Shown here piece after piece: positions 50,441 to 64,000 of a stretch of 64,000 nucleotides of DNA (position 1 is its first letter; the number at the start of each line of letters is the position of its first letter). The DNA comes from Octopus sinensis (Eukaryota), in contig NC_043008.1 in NCBI RefSeq assembly GCF_006345805.1, positions 51,894,001 through 51,958,000 of the forward strand, in the 5' to 3' direction. Under the pieces are notes generated by a model. It did not search any database. It had not been told where the DNA came from and was given only the letters and a program-made list of their open reading frames with translations. A program made the position numbers and the translations under genes.

Positions 50441-51108
50441 GGAGAGCTAGAAATAAGCAGTAAATACTATTGTGAGTTCTAGGGCTTATAAGGGCTGGTT
50501 AACTGGTTTCTAGTTATTAACAATAACCTCTTCCTCTAATATCATCTTTATATAGCTTTTAGCATCAGCAACTGGTCCAATTGTTGGATTTACTTGAGTA
50601 ACCTTTCTCTCTCTCTCCAAATCATCATCATTCAGTAGTTTCTTTAAACTTTTCCTCTCTCTCTTTCCTTGGCATCAGCAGGCTCTTGTCAGTACATGCA
50701 CAACATTTCGATTCATTCCGACACACTGCTTTAACACTTTAGCATTTAAACCGACCATCTTTGTCCCAAATATTCTACCAGTTTTATGATCAAACTGGTT
50801 AGAGTCGGCCTTTTACCTACTCTACAATGTCATTCTAAAAATATCCATTTACATCATTGAAATTTTGCGCCTATGAAGTAATGCAGAATTAATTCAAAAT
50901 ATTGTGAATAAATATTACATTTGATGGCATAATCTTAATACTAGAGCAGGGATGGGGAACCTTTATGTGCCTGAAGGCCACCCTACAATTCATCATCCCT
51001 CATAGAGGCTGCATTGAACAAATTATTTTTCTCGTTTTAGTTATTTTATTCCCTAAGCAATTTATTTGTAATCTAATAAAAGAAAGACAGGTGTGTAGAA
51101 ATCAAAAG

Positions 51109-51451
51109 CATCATCATCGTTTAATGTCCGTTTTCCATGCTAGCATGGGTTGGACAGTTCAACCGGGGTCTGGGAAGCCAGAAGGCTGCACCAGGCTCCA
51201 GTCTGATCTGGCAGCGTTTCTACAGCTGAATGCCCTTCCTAACGCCAACCACTCCGTGAGTGTAGTGGGTGCTATTTATGTGCCACCTGCACAGATGCCA
51301 TGATCGGATGGTGCTTTTTACGTGCCACCGGCACGGAGGCCAGTCTGGGCGGCGCTGGCAATGGCTACGTTCGGATGGTTCTCTTATGTGCCACCGGCAC
51401 TGGTATCACAGCTACGATTTCCATTGATGTTGATTGATTTTGATTTTGATT
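51109..51451 (-). mobile_element. SINE family C nested in the hAT element
   Basis: catcatcatcgtttaatgtccgttttccatgctagcatgggttggac... Confidence 0.88.
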
Positions 51452-51602
51452 CAAATATTTTATTTAAGTAAGTACTTTTATACAAATAATAAGTAAATGA
51501 ATAATATAGAAAGCAAGACATTTTCAAGTATTTTATTTAGACAAGTAAGTACTTTTTATACAAATTAGTGACTTCTTCGAATTTGTAAAAAGTATTTTGA
51601 TA

Positions 51603-53325
51603 TCAGGCTCTAACATAGTGGTTCTTAGTTTCAAATTGCTCATCTATCAATTGCATTCTCGGTGAATTCTTGATTTGCGTCAAGTACGAGAATGTGGATT
51701 CACAACAGTATGTTGAAGAAAAGCAGGAAAGTAGTCTGTGTGCATGTTCATGAAGACGAAGATATTCTACTGCATTTTTCCAGATTTCAGTTGGATTTTC
51801 CGTCTTGTCAAACTGAGATTTCAGGATATCATCTTCAGACATTTCGATAAGCTCCATTTGTAACTCTTCGAGAGCCTCTGATACATCAACTAAGTGAGGC
51901 TGAAAAGCAAGTTTCAAAGTGATGTTATGTTTTTCAAAATCATTGAATCTTTCATTATATTCTAATATTAATGAGTATAAAACTGACTCGTATTCTTCAA
52001 AAGATTCATAGATATCTTCGTCATTTTCACTCATTACCTTCATAAGCTGAGGAAAGTGTTCAAGTTTTGATTGAGCCAAAAGGAACTTGAAAAATGACAA
52101 CTTTTTTTCTAAATGCCCAACTTTTTTGCCACATCATAAATACATTTATGCTTAAAATGCTCATTTTGTTTTGACATCACATCACATAAAAATGCAACAT
52201 CTCTGTAAGAATTTGTATCTGATAAATCACATTGTTCTCTTTGAAAAAGTCAATTATTTGCCTTTGTAAAGACAAAATTTTGACCTTACTTTCCCTTGCA
52301 ACAACCAGCATATTTTTGAGTTATAAGACAAATACATTTTAACAATTTTGTCATCCATCATCAGCATGTTTTGAAATTGATGATGCTTCAGGGCATTTGC
52401 TCGAATACAGTTTACAGTTCTTATAACCTTCTATAAAGTGTCATTTAAAATGACAGATTTTACACAGAGATTTTGCTGATGTAAAATACAATGAAAAGAA
52501 ATCAGTACATTTGGTTCTTTGATTACTCTGTTAAGATGTGCAATAAATCCTTTATTTTCAGCCTTCATAGCTGGAGCACCATCCGTGCACACACTTTCCA
52601 AATTAGTGAAATTTAGTCCTACTTTGACATTGCTCTTTAAAGTTGTTAGAAATATCTATCCCTTGCATCCTTCCTTTAAGGGTGCCTAAAGAAAATAATT
52701 CTTCATATAATTGAAAATCATCAGTTATATCACGAATAAAATACGATACTCGTGCTGAATCTGCAGAATCTACTGATTCCGCCAAAGCTTCTGAGCAATA
52801 TACATTTTCTTTTTGGATTATTTTTTTCAGTTGCCCTTTTCTATTACAGACCAATTCATGCTGTTGATCTGTATTAGTTCTTCTTGAAAAAGGCACCTCT
52901 TTATATTTGTTAACTTTATTGGGATCTCTACATCATACCATTTCCAAAATACATTCCTTTATGAGTTCTACATCACTGAATGGCTTACCTTTTTTTCCAA
53001 GAAAATATGCAACTTTATAGCTGGCGTCTGTCGTAGCATTCCCTTGATGCAACACAGATTGGAAAAATTGTCTTTGCTTTTGTTTTCCATCTTTCAGTTT
53101 TTGCAATGCTATCTTTTGAGACTCGCTCTCTAATTTAGCGTATTTATTGTCTTTATGAAAAGCATAATGTCGCTGTGCATTGAATTTCTTAACCATTACA
53201 ATTGCAGTATCACAAAACAAGTAAGACATTTTGCATCCACTATTTATTAAAAAATATTGCAATTCCTTTTCTTCATTGAAGATCTTATTTTCTTCTTTCA
53301 AAGTTCGTTTTAAGTTTTTTGACAT
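51603..53325 (-). pseudogene. hAT transposase pseudogene (GTF2IRD2/EPM2AIP1-like family)
   Basis: ORF pieces 52933-53325 (BED-finger-like start, ...GKPFSDVELIKECIL), 52603-52896, then VCTDGAPAM and FHCILHQQNLC motifs, and 51603-52100 (FSSTYCCESTFS dimerisation motif); stops and frameshifts. Confidence 0.9.
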
Positions 53326-53550
53326 AATTATGGGTTAAAAAGAAATGTATTTATTCTGAAAAACCATAAAAAAATAAGTTTAATAATGAATTAGTAAACC
53401 CAGCTGCACACTGACCCAAATAAAACAGTCTTAGACAAGACATGATAAACTTGCATACTACCATTCTAGACTGAACAACATCTAGATTAGCTATAATATT
53501 TTTTTCTGTAATTAGTACTATTATTTATCGTCAGCTAATTGTTGCAGAAA

Positions 53551-53937
53551 TCATCATCATCATCATCATCGTTTAGCGTCCGTTTTCCATGCTAGCATGG
53601 GTTGGACGGGTCAACTGGGGTCTGTGAAGCTGGAAGGCTTCGTCAGGCCCAGTCAGATCTGGCAGTGTTTCTACGGCTGGATGCCCTTCCTAACGCCAAC
53701 CACTCCGCGAGTGTAGTGGGTGTTTTTTACGTGCCACCTGCACAGGTGCCAGACAGAGCTGGCGAACGGCCACGAACGGATGGTGCTTTTACGTGTCACC
53801 GGCACGGGGCCAGGCGATGCTGGCAACGGACACGAATGGATGGTGCTTTTATGTGCCACCGACACGGGGCCAGACAGAGCTGGCAACCGGCCACGAACGG
53901 ACGGTGCTTTTACGTGTCACCGGCACGGGGGCCAGCC
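53551..53937 (-). mobile_element. SINE family C with an internal ~60-bp array, nested in the hAT element
   Basis: Tail at 53551; repeats ggatggtgcttttacgtg.caccggcacgggg at 53720-53935. Confidence 0.88.
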
Positions 53938-54799
53938 GAAATAATGTCAAATATTGACGGTTTCCAATCTCGCAAAATAATGACAATTGTTGAAGTTATG
54001 ACCAAGATTCCAAGAAAGTGGTTTCAGATGCTGATTGATAGTGTCTTGTCTAAGACTATATTGTTTGAAGCAGCATGTAGCTGGCTTAACAGAGTAGCAA
54101 TGAATACGATCACTGTATCACTTATCAAGTCTCAATGATAAGCAAGTCTGTAAAATTAACGCACGCACTGATGGATTTACTGTTTCAAATAAGGCTATAA
54201 CTAACTCAGTCTCACAAAACACGTCACTAAGAAGTTGGCCACAACTACACAATTACTAAGTAAAGTACGTAACACAGATCACAGGGAAAAGGTGGATGAG
54301 ACAAACTCTTCATGTAGCATATGTGAAGTCACTAAATCCCACTAGGCTGGTGTAGCTAACAAGGAAATATTACCTTTATATGCTTGTTGCTTTGAGTTTA
54401 AATTCATTGGGTTCAAAGAAAAATGCTTCCAGTCTCTGGGAGAGACATCAACTAAACACTGATAGCCTGGAAGGCCGCAGGTTACCCATCTTTGTACTAG
54501 AGGGTTAAGCTCCTGATAATCTCATACCTCTAATCCTGGTGACACAGAACAATAGTAAACTTCTTATTTCCTGGCTTTCCCCTGACTAAATACACCTAGT
54601 AAATGACTGATCATATTGCAGTTATTTCCCTTACTTATTTTAAAACTTTTTAGTACTTGTAAAAAGACTATTTATCTGCTATTATTATGAGTTATTAAGT
54701 CCATCCATTATTGTTGACAATGACTAAGGACATTACATAGGAGAAAAAATAGACTGGACACAGTATATCTAGCTGTGGGCAATTAATCTGATGCATGCT

Positions 54800-55170
54800 T
54801 GAAAGGCTCTGCTGTGGAGTTAGGCATTAGTGGTCTCTTGGGACCAAAGACAGAGTTGGTTCTGGACTTGTGTAGTTCACATTTTCTTAGTGTCCCTCCA
54901 ATCCTCTTTTGTTCAAAAGATGTGGCACCTCTGTTGGTAAATATTCACCAGCAGGGCGGTCTTGTGCTTGTGTATCCCAGGTGTTGGAGTTGATCTCAAA
55001 ACTTTTCAGTGAAGCTTTGAGTGTGTCCTTGAAACACTTTCTGTCTACCTTGTGTGCACTTTCCCCTCAAACAGTTTGCTGTAAAACTTTCTCTTGGGGA
55101 GTTGCATGTCAGGCATTCAAATAAAGTGACCAGCTCACCCGACTTGCACTCTCCTCAACAGTGTATAGCT
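54800..55170 (-). mobile_element. BovB-like RTE LINE 3' fragment
   Basis: Minus strand AGHFI*MPDMQLPKRKFYSKLFEGKCTQGRQK...GATSFEQKRI...RKCELHKSR parallels the BovB-type RTE C-terminus. Confidence 0.7.
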
Positions 55171-56315
55171 TTATCTGCTAATTGCTTGGATACTATATTA
55201 CGTTTAGGAGCCCTGCATATAATATTTGTCCAAAGATCTGTGCTCTGGGTTTGAGCTTAAGACCATGTGTGTGCGAAGTAAACTGTTTATGCAACTTTAC
55301 GTATGTATCTGTATGTGTAAATATGCGTGTGTATATTATTATTATTATTTTTTACATATTCTTTCTACTTTATCAGCACGCCCTATCATTCAAATAACCA
55401 TTATATCGTCAAAAAGTGTCTTTTGTAACATTCTATGATAGATACCTTGATATTCTTATGATATTCAGTTATGTCCACTGTGTATATACCAATTATATGT
55501 TCAGCCTTCATGATCGTATGATGATCGGCAACGGACAACAACTTTGAATAAACGATGTCTGAAGCTTGAGTTTGCAAAATGTTCTGTATCTCTTTCAGTT
55601 TTAAGTATCTTCTCTTTTCCTCTCTCTCTCTCTCTGTAACATGACTCGTATTCCATACGCTATCATATCCCGAAGTTTGATGCCCCACGTCGTACTGCAT
55701 TGGATACAGAAGTGAAGTCTGGGATATATATATATATATAAGAGACAGTCATTGAAAAGTCGTTAAACGAAACGTGTGTGGGTATGTATATACAAATGTA
55801 TTTATGCGTAAGCACATGCACGCGCATATATACCTCTATGTGTGTGCATATCCAAGCGCGCGTCACATTTCTTTCTTCCTGGTGCTTAAAGACAGTGCCA
55901 AGTCTGTTATTATATCTCTATTGTACCAAGCCACATTTGTTTTCTACCTGATGTCTGTCCCATTGCTGAACCATTATCCAACTATCCTAATCACCAGTTT
56001 ATTATTTTTTTCTTCTTTTTAATTTCTAATTTAATAGCGACCACTGCCTGTCCTCTGCTATCCGGCCGATCTGTCTGTCCAGTCTAATTGTTAAACAACA
56101 TATATGTCCGGTTACTTCTCTTTCTCTTGTCGTTAACTGCCATGAAACGGTTGGTGTCGGTGGCAAGGAGTTCTATTGTTCGACCCAACGTGTTTTTGTT
56201 GTCATTCGAACCAACCAAGTTTGCCTTCGAGAGATCTCTTTAAATTTCTGTAATACAATTAGTTTTTTTTTTTAATTTCTTTTGTTTACAGAAAAGGTAA
56301 AGCTAAAACTCTCAT

Positions 56316-56909
<594 letters not shown>

Positions 56910-57666
56910 CAATTAACATCATGTGCACTCAAAATATATACAGATTATATCATACACGCATACAGATCTTGAACACTGGAATTAGGACTTTTAAAAAAAT
57001 GACAGGAAGAGAAGGGAGAAGCGGGGTGGGGGTGGGGATTGAATGTCAAGGGGCGCTTGCTGCACGAAAACTTAGTAACCTCATGCATTCGTTAGTTAAT
57101 GCCCTTGGAGAGCAGCGTGTTTTAATCAGCTGTTCACTTATTAGAACAGCTCGCCCGACACACTTAAAGGTACATCTCCCCTCACTCTCTCTTTTTTTCT
57201 TTCTCGCTCTTCTATTTTCTCCACTCAAATTTTCTTTCTCTCTGCAATATATCCCATACTCATTGTCTTTTTCTCTTTTTGCTCATAAGTTAATCTATCA
57301 TCTTTTACAAGTTCACTTTTTGTTTATTTAAAGACCTTTCTTGTTCAATTTAAGCAAGTCCAACCGCTCCCCTTTTCTGGGCTTTCCCCAGCCTCATCTC
57401 ACCCCTTTCCAACAGGACCCCTTCCAACGATTTTAGCTGAGTGTTGTTTGGTGACGACATCCGAACATGTTTCATTGTTCTGTTGTTGTCCTGTCCCAGG
57501 CTTGTTTTAATAATAGACTCCACTCCACTCTATAAACCAACGTACACGTTAGCTTGGCTACTACAACACGTACTTTTTGCAGGAGGAGAAAGCGTTTCTC
57601 TCTTACAACTAATTATAATTAATGTCCTATTACTATATACTTTAAACTGACTGTGTGTCGTGTAGT

Positions 57667-57702
<36 letters not shown>

Positions 57703-59194
57703 TCTGCAGAAGTAGATAAGTTGGTTGTATTTATTATTTAAACAATATCTGGATAAACTTCGTTGCGACTATCTTTTATCCACCCCAATTAAATCTGTAA
57801 CGAATTGCTTGTGAGTATTTGAATATTAATCTAAAATACTTTGTTTCCTTTTTTTTTCTCCTGTTGTTTGGTTTATTTCTTTCCCTTATATCTATATATA
57901 TATATCTATTCTGAAGTAGATATATTTTCACTGTTGTTTAAATGTTAAAAATACTTATAATTTACACAATAAGAAGGCGAAAAATCGAATTTACATCTCA
58001 TTTCCCGTGATAAGTGACCAAACAATGAGCATGTAAAAAGTGCCGTTGATAAGATGTTCATCTTTAATCAATAATTACCATGCAATCAGTCATAATTAGT
58101 CATAAAGATATATTTAGTAGTATAGCTTAAGGGTCGTTCAAAAAGACCCCGTTGTTTCAGATGCACACTAAAAGTCTACTAGTAACAAATATTTAGGATA
58201 GATAAGAGGATTCGCTCATTTCTTTTGATACTTTTCTTGGGGTTCTCTTTGTGGGTTTATACAGTTCTGTCATGAAATATTCAGAGTTTTAAGCAATTCA
58301 TTAACTTCATGAATGAGTTTGGATTTCTAGTAAGTTGTTTATTTTCCTTGTCTAAATTACTTTGTCGTATGGTTCATATTTAGAATAAACGTATTGTGTG
58401 TGTGTGTAAATATTTAAAATCTCATGTCTTATATTTATATCATCCTACATTCGTCATTAAAAGTGTAGAATTAATATGGAAAGTAGAAGTTGATTCACTA
58501 AAACCGGGTAATAAATGAATGTGAAAGTTAGTAGGACACACATGGTTTGACGGATTGTTTATAGGATATGTTAACCACTATTAGTAAAGTGTTAAAACAG
58601 AAAATATATAATAATGCTGATGTTGCTGGATGGCATAAAAGTTATTGCTATGGTGACTACATTATGCAGGTGAAGTTGTGTGCCATGGCTATTGTTGCTA
58701 TTCCACCTCCCTATCATTCATTGCATATAAAAGATCATATATTATTATAATTATATTTGTATCAACTCCTCGTTACATTCATGTTCTCTCGTACTTAAAG
58801 TACAACATTCAGCGCATTCATGGGTATTTATTTGTCTGAAAGGTGTGGGTGGTTCTTATTTCGTTTGCTTTTTCGGCTTGGAAACACTCCAATTCGTTGA
58901 AGAGTGCTACTTCTCTTTTTAAATCATCATCATCATGATCATCGTTATCGTCATCACCATCAGTATCACCCCCCAACTCTGTGTTCGTGAGCTATGTCTC
59001 TGGTATGATCGCCATAGTGAATGAGTCAGTCTAACTATTCTTCTTCGTTAAATGAGGTCTAGACACCAGAGATTGTTTGTGTGGATACGAAATACATTTG
59101 CTGTAAAAATATCAAGACAATCTCTGCTACTCTTCCTTAGAAACCTTATTCTGTTCACATTCTTTCCTGACTGTATAGCTGAAGATAATATTAC

Positions 59195-59572
59195 AGGTAT
59201 GGTTGTCTAAGAAGTTTGCTTCCCAACCACATGGTTTCGGGTTCGGTCTCACTGCGTGACTCTTTGGATGGACAGGTATCTTCTACTATAAGCCTTGAGT
59301 CGACTAAAGCCTTATGAGTGGATTTGTAGATGGAAACTGAAAGAAGCCTGTCGTGTGTGTGTGTGTGTGTGTGCGTGCATGTGCGTCTTTATGTTTGTCT
59401 CCCACCGTCGCTTGACAACTAGTGTTGGTTTGTTTACGTTCCCGTAACCTAGCGGTTTGGCAAAAGATTTTCGACAGAATAAGGATCGATTTTTTTTTTT
59501 TTCGAGTGAACCCTTCAAGATGCCCCTGCTTGGCTGCAGTCCAATGACTGAAACAAATAAGAGATAAAAGAT
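59195..59572 (+). mobile_element. SINE family B, older copy
   Basis: aagaagtttgcttcccaaccacatggtttcgggttc...gactgaaacaaataagag. Confidence 0.8.
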
Positions 59573-60136
59573 TTCGTGTGTGTCTTCATCGTTTTAACGT
59601 TCGCTTTTTCTTGCTTGTATGGGTCCAGCAGAGTTTATTGAGGCAGATTTTCTATAGTTGAATGTCTTTCCTGTCACCAACCTTTACCTGTTTCCAGGAT
59701 AATGTTGATCTCATCTTTAGAGATTATACTTAAAATTTTATAATCCTAAGATGTCACTATATTACTTGTCATTAAAAAGACGTATTGCTGTAAAATGTTA
59801 TTGGAGTTTGTTGTTGACAAAGAGTGAAAGGCCTATAGTAGAATTTGAACTCAGAATGTAAAACTGGAAGAAAAGCTACTCAGCATTTTGTTTATTATGT
59901 TAAGGATTCTATCAGCTCACCACCCTTATGAAGTCAGCCACAACTACACATTTTTCTTCAATTTTTGTTGAAATCTACCTCTTGTGAAGCATTTTATTAC
60001 CGGTTTATAAAACTGTACATAGTCTGCATAGAACAGCTAAACTCTACATGATGGTACAACATGGTATCCCTAACTGAATTATTGAGTATCTAAAGAAATT
60101 ATCCTTTGTGTCACTACCAAATCATGTCAGCCTCAC

Positions 60137-60255
60137 AATTCTTAACTTCTGAGAACTGGTAACTCTCTGGAATTTCTTCTTTGCCTGCATTTTTCTTGAA
60201 GAGGTTGACCTGTAGATATTCAAACTGCACTGTCAACTGCATCAGTCTTATTTGT
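60137..60255 (-). CDS. Candidate exon (QIRLMQLTVQFEYLQVNLFKKNAGKEEIPESYQFSEVKN)
   Basis: ctgtctcag| acceptor, AATT|gtgagg donor, non-repetitive open frame with beta-rich character; no partner exon established. Confidence 0.35.
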
Positions 60256-61236
60256 CTGAGACAGTATGCAAAATTTATAGGCACTCTACCTCTCTTCATC
60301 ATCATCAGATAATGTATTTTTTATCATTTAATTGTTTGAGTCCTTGGATTCAGTCATGTTGGAGTGTCATCTTAAATGGTTTTAGCTGAACAAATCAACC
60401 CCAGTACTCTGCCAGATCAGATTGGAGCCTGGTGCAGCCATCTGGTTTGCTAGTCCTCAGTCAAATCGTCCAACCCATGCTAGCATGGAAAGTGGATGTT
60501 AAACGATGATGATGATGATGATGAAGACTATAGTAGAAGACACTAGCTCAAGAGTGATTATGCTTAGACTTACCAGTCTGATTAGAAGTTTCAGCTGTTC
60601 TCCAAATGAAGAACGTTGATGTTCTGGTAAAAAGATGACATGATGTTGTCCTTACTCAGATGACCAACACAGTTACTAAGGAATCAATAACTTTGAAGAT
60701 TTGGTAGATTGTATCCTGTACAAAGCAACAAACCTTAAAAAACATTAAGAATGTTAAAATTTTTGTCTCTTAATTTTAAATTTAATGTACTGGAATTGAA
60801 GTTGTCCAGAATAACTGGTTATATCGGTATTCAGTTGCATTTTGTTCATTTTGTGTTGTTTTCTAAGAAGTATTCTCCAGACTTATGTTGTCAGAATGGC
60901 ACTCTTGCCACTTCTTTAATCAAGGCAGCATACATCAAAAGACTAGAGATTAATAAACTGATTGCAATGAAGATATCCAACAACCTCCATTGGTTTAATA
61001 TCTGATTTTGATATTGGCATAGTGACAATGGTTGGTTGGATATTTTGTTTATGACTGGATTCTCTTGCTAGCATTAACCACTAAATGGCATGAGAATTTG
61101 GTGTGGCCATCATGAATTAATTATAGCATCAGAGCTGACCAAGCAGTATTATAAAAGTTGATTTTTCTTGCTGCATATCTTTCTCTCCACCAGCTAATAT
61201 ACATCATCATCTATGTATGTGTGTGTATATATATAT

Positions 61237-61274
<38 letters not shown>

Positions 61275-61279
<5 letters not shown>

Positions 61280-61411
61280 ACATACATGTATATATTCATA
61301 CACACACACACACACATCTATATATATATATATATACATACATGTATATATTCATACACACACACACACACATCTATATATATATATATACATACATGTA
61401 TATATTCATAC

Positions 61412-61446
<35 letters not shown>

Positions 61447-61660
61447 TGTATATATTCATACACACACACATCTATATATACATACATACATGTATATATT
61501 CATACACACACACACATCTATATATACATACATACATGTATATATTCATACACACACACACATCTATATATACATACATACATGTATATATTCATACACA
61601 CACATCTATATATACATACATGTATATATTCATACACACACACACATCTATATATATATA
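61275..61660. repeat. Higher-order minisatellite built from microsatellites, about 9 copies of (TA)n-catacatgtatatattcata-(CA)n-tc
   Basis: Directly visible. Confidence 0.92.
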
Positions 61661-61668
61661 TATATAAT

Positions 61669-61715
<47 letters not shown>

Positions 61716-63031
61716 ATGTATAATTTTTATATATAAATCTGTGTGTCAGTGGGTGGAATATAAATTAATCTGTCCTAGATCTAAGTTAATTCATTCACAA
61801 TGTATAATACATTCACAGCCACTTTAGCTCTATTTCTCACTGATGTACAGAGCTTTATCTTTATCTTGTATATTTTTGTGGTTTTCTTATGCTGTTATCA
61901 GTTGGAATGGATTAAGTAAAAAGATTATTTGAATGTCTCTTATCCTCACTTATATCCTCTATTAATATAACATTCCTTAGATTAGAAGACCTTTCGTAGT
62001 TGAGACTACAATCAAGGCTTATGCCACATCGCATCACTTTTTCCTAATTCTTATCAATTTCTTTTGGATATCTTCATTGCTTAAAGGCAAGAATATTGTC
62101 ACATTGATATGTGGTTCAGGAATAAATTATATTCAACTGTTGATGTCTTTGAATGAAAGTACTTCAAACCAAGTTGCTTTAGATTAATCAGTTTGAGAAT
62201 AAGTTTTAGATGCATCTTGGGTAAGTTACCTATTGTTATTGATTAGTATGCTATCCTGGATGAGATTTGTTTTGTATCTTTTTTTAATAAAATCTTGAGT
62301 TAAGCATTCATGTAGCTCTAGAGAGGGTTAACTTTTAGATATTTTGATTAGGTAGATACATGTGGTTAAGAAGCTTGCTTCTCACCTATATTGTCTCACT
62401 GAATGGCACTTTGGGCAAGTGTCTTCTATTGCCCTAAGTTGAGTAGAGTTTTGGGAATGGATTTGGTTGATGGAAATTGAAAGAAGCCTGCCGTGTGTGT
62501 TTGTGTGTATCCTTGTCTTGATATCATATGATGCTTATAAATGAGCATCACTATACAGATGTTGTTTTCCACAGAAAATTGGAAATAAACATGTTTGGGC
62601 ATGGGGAAATATTACCTTTGTTGGAAACAGGTGAGGGTTGGTGACAAAAATGAGTGTCCGGCTGTAGAAAATCTGCCTCAACAAAGCATGGAAAAGTGGA
62701 TATTAGATGATTATGATGATTATTTGCATCTGTTTTTTGACATAGGAAGGCATGTATCCTGGTGTTTAGGCTGTTGGACTTAGAATTATGTGGATGTGTG
62801 TTTGATTTCTTGACTATTAAGTTCCTGGGCAAGGCACTCTATATTTCTCCACTCTATTTGAGATGTATCTGGTGCAGAGCATCATCTCATAGACTATTGA
62901 CCATAATCTTGTAAAATCTGTTGTATACTGGATAATGATCTCATAACACATGGCATCAGATAATTTTCAAGTCTTAGTTTCTCTCTTATCTTACCAAAAA
63001 CTCACTTTTGAATTTGTATTAAATAATACTC

Positions 63032-63258
63032 TCAACACTTTAGCATTTAAACTGGACATATCCAGGCCAGATATTCTACCTGTTTTGTACTGGCCAGATC
63101 CTGCCTCTCACACTTAACCTTACAATACCATTAAAAAAATAAATAAACAATTAGCTCCTTGAAATCTCAAAGGTGTGAAATCATGCAGGATTAATTCAAA
63201 GCAATGTGAATAAAGAAGCATTACATTTGTTAGAGTAATCTGAATTCTAAAGGGTTAA
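63032..63258 (+). mobile_element. piggyBac-type MITE, uninterrupted
   Basis: tcaacactttagcatttaaactgg...ctaaagggttaa. Confidence 0.82.
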
Positions 63259-64000
63259 TATTCCTGTCTAATCATTGTAGCTATTATGAGAATGCTTTCA
63301 GCCTTTTGTTTCAGTCTTTGAACTGTGGCCTTGCTAGGTTACCATCTTGATGGGTTTAAACAATGTAATCAGCTCCCAATTCTTGTTTTAAGCCTGCTAC
63401 TTATTCTATCAATTCTCTCTTTTTCTTTTTTCAAAACTGCCAGGTTTGGGAGATTTGAACAAACTTACAGTGGTGCTAAGTGCTGAAGATCAATCACAAA
63501 CCTACACCTCCCTCTCTTTCTCACATTTCATGTGTGTGTACATACACACCCATATACACACACACTAGCATGCACACATTGGGCTTCTGCACAGTTCCTC
63601 CCTTTCAAATTCAACCACAGCGCATTGGTTGACCTAGAAGAAGGCACACAGTGAAACTGGACCTGAAACCATGTGGTTGCAGTGCGAAACTTGTAAACCA
63701 CACAGCCATGCCTGCACTTATGAACTAAATATATTTAACTGTTAAACTCTATCACTTTCCACACATACATCATATTAATACAGAATGAAAGCATTAAACA
63801 GTGTTTTTCTCCATGACAAAATACAGCATATTTGACTTGGTAACAAGTTAGTACGTCATACTAATATACAGGCATATATTTCGGAAACTTATTGTGAATT
63901 GACTACTAATTCAGTTGTAAGCAATTTTCCTAATGTTAGACAATATTTTAATTTGAAGCAGAAAAGTGCAAGATTCACCTAAGGATCTTTTTCTCTATTC

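Larger units (their letters stand above)
50947..54494 (-). mobile_element. Full-length decayed hAT (Buster/Charlie, GTF2IRD2-like transposase) DNA transposon
   Basis: TIRs cagggatggggaacct / aggttacccatctttg; perfect 8-bp TSD tactagag (50939-50946 and 54495-54502) with central TA. Confidence 0.92.
50731..54509 (+). mobile_element. piggyBac-type MITE (50731-50946 + 54503-54509) split by a hAT insertion
   Basis: ttaacactttagcatttaaacc... at the left; terminal gggttaa appears only after the hAT element. Confidence 0.85.

Overview
AT-rich (by eye), microsatellite-saturated eukaryotic genomic DNA. The repeat families look like those I recall from octopod (coleoid cephalopod) genomes; this is recall, not a database match. 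Most long ORFs in the supplied track are translations of (TA)n/(TATG)n/(TG)n/(GAT)n repeats and are not genes. Supportable content: (1) a phase-consistent multi-exon gene model on the minus strand (ATG at 36649; exons at 36584-36649, 35337-35405, 34268/34238-34313, 32242-32342, 25173-25212), encoding an unidentified protein with a hydrophobic, signal-peptide-like N-terminus, behind a CpG-rich promoter-like segment; (2) many copies of four SINE-like families (labelled A-D here); (3) decayed LINE fragments (R4/Dong-type RLE, RTE, BovB-like RTE, possibly Tx1); (4) a full-length but decayed Buster/Charlie-type hAT transposon (50947-54494) with a perfect 8-bp TSD, inserted in a TTAA-flanked piggyBac-type MITE; (5) several MITEs and nested insertions. 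The most interesting signal is a set of long foldback palindromes inside the predicted introns (12567-12986, 27143-27599, 27766-28542). Each carries a Penelope-type minimal hammerhead-ribozyme-like motif in the same polarity. The one at 12901-12948 has a 7-bp stem I, a GUC cleavage triplet, a palindromic stem III and a U3-A8 covariant core. No CRISPR array, rRNA or genuine tRNA gene was found.
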